From NCBI GenBank assembly GCA_965197905.1, contig CBDAOB010000003.1:896001-960000 (forward strand): a stretch of DNA of 64,000 nucleotides, written 5' to 3'. Positions 63,445 to 64,000 of this stretch are shown here, piece by piece. The notes under the pieces are model-generated. The model ran no database searches and was not told the DNA's origin. It was given only the letters and a program-made list of their open reading frames with translations. Position 1 is the stretch's first letter, and every line of letters begins with the position of its first letter. A program made the translations under genes and the position numbers. The DNA is from Candidatus Latescibacterota bacterium. Its GTDB lineage: Bacteria > Latescibacterota > UBA2968 > UBA8231.

Positions 63445-63485
63445 TTTGTCCCACCTTCCAAGGTAGCTTCATCGCGACTAGTAAT

Positions 63486-64000
63486 CTACCACCCGTGTAC
63501 CCGGTGCGGGGAGCTGGGAAACCAGATTAGATCTACGATGCTCGAAAGTATCACCCCTGACGCATACGCCACGCCCAATCCGAAAAAGAACGGCTTGCCT
63601 GCCAGATACGCCTTCACGCCGCCGAAGCGTAATAGCGCCAGCTTCAGCAGCCAGGCAATGAGAAAGTTGATCCACAGCCACCAGGTGGCGTGGGTCTGCT
63701 GGTAGATCAGCCCGATCGGATGGATCGGAAACCAGTGATACCGCGCCCGCAGCAATGTAATCACCGCCGCTTCCGCCATGCCAGTGAACCAGATGGCCCA
63801 GCGCGCCAGGCTTGGCTGGGTGGGATTGGTCAGGATGTAGGCGATGCCGTCGTAGAAAACTTCGGTGCGGCCGCCCACATACAGAGTGCCGCCCTCGGTG
63901 TAGCTCAATTCGATCAAGGTCGAGGCGGCCAGCACGAAACCGACGGGAAACGCTACCACAATCGTCGCCAATACCCAACGGGGTTGCCGCCGCAGCGAGA
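63486..64000 (-). CDS. DUF6785/DUF6784-type membrane protein, C-terminal part (paralogue of 29208-31232; runs off window end)
   Basis: LRARYHWFPIHPIG, LRFGGVKAYLAGKPFFFG, VDLIWFP...H.W match the C-terminus of the 29208 protein. Confidence 0.8.
   Translation of the reverse strand, partial: SLRRQPRWVLATIVVAFPVGFVLAASTLIELSYTEGGTLYVGGRTEVFYDGIAYILTNPTQPSLARWAIWFTGMAEAAVITLLRARYHWFPIHPIGLIYQQTHATWWLWINFLIAWLLKLALLRFGGVKAYLAGKPFFFGLGVAYASGVILSSIVDLIWFPSSPHRVHGW

Noticed and set aside
1..64000. CRISPR arrays, rRNA/tRNA genes, transposases, integrases, Sec/Pyl read-through
   Set aside because: None recognised by eye; the split genes are explained by frame changes or the intron, not by in-frame stop codons.

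Overview
A GC-rich, gene-dense stretch of bacterial chromosome. The gene content (many orphan glycoside-hydrolase-like beta-propellers, DUF6785/6784-type membrane proteins, sulfatase, PhyH dioxygenases, an ECF-FecR-TonB cluster) suggests a Latescibacterota/Poribacteria-like heterotroph; this is inference only. Most of the window encodes catabolic enzymes and transporters. About eight genes carry single-base frameshifts, mostly in short homopolymers, probably assembly errors. Highlights: (1) a 749-nt ORF-less group II intron (23022-23770) splits an ankyrin-repeat gene; removing it precisely restores a 648-aa frame, and its EBS1 pairs with the 5' exon. (2) The same gene has a strong sigma70-type promoter and a ~130-nt structured, possibly pseudoknotted leader, and is followed by an unannotated 56-aa HTH gene. 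(3) A module at 57.6-59.3 kb has a wHTH-pentapeptide-repeat gene with a perfect 16-bp palindrome at its promoter, then a predicted ~85-nt antisense RNA with its own promoter and terminator. That RNA covers the RBS of a 25-codon ORF translationally coupled to a 67-aa gene. (4) Two paralogues of an unrecognised ~630-720-aa family. (5) Two apparent deletion scars. No rRNA, tRNA or CRISPR array was seen. All family assignments are by eye from motifs, not from database searches.
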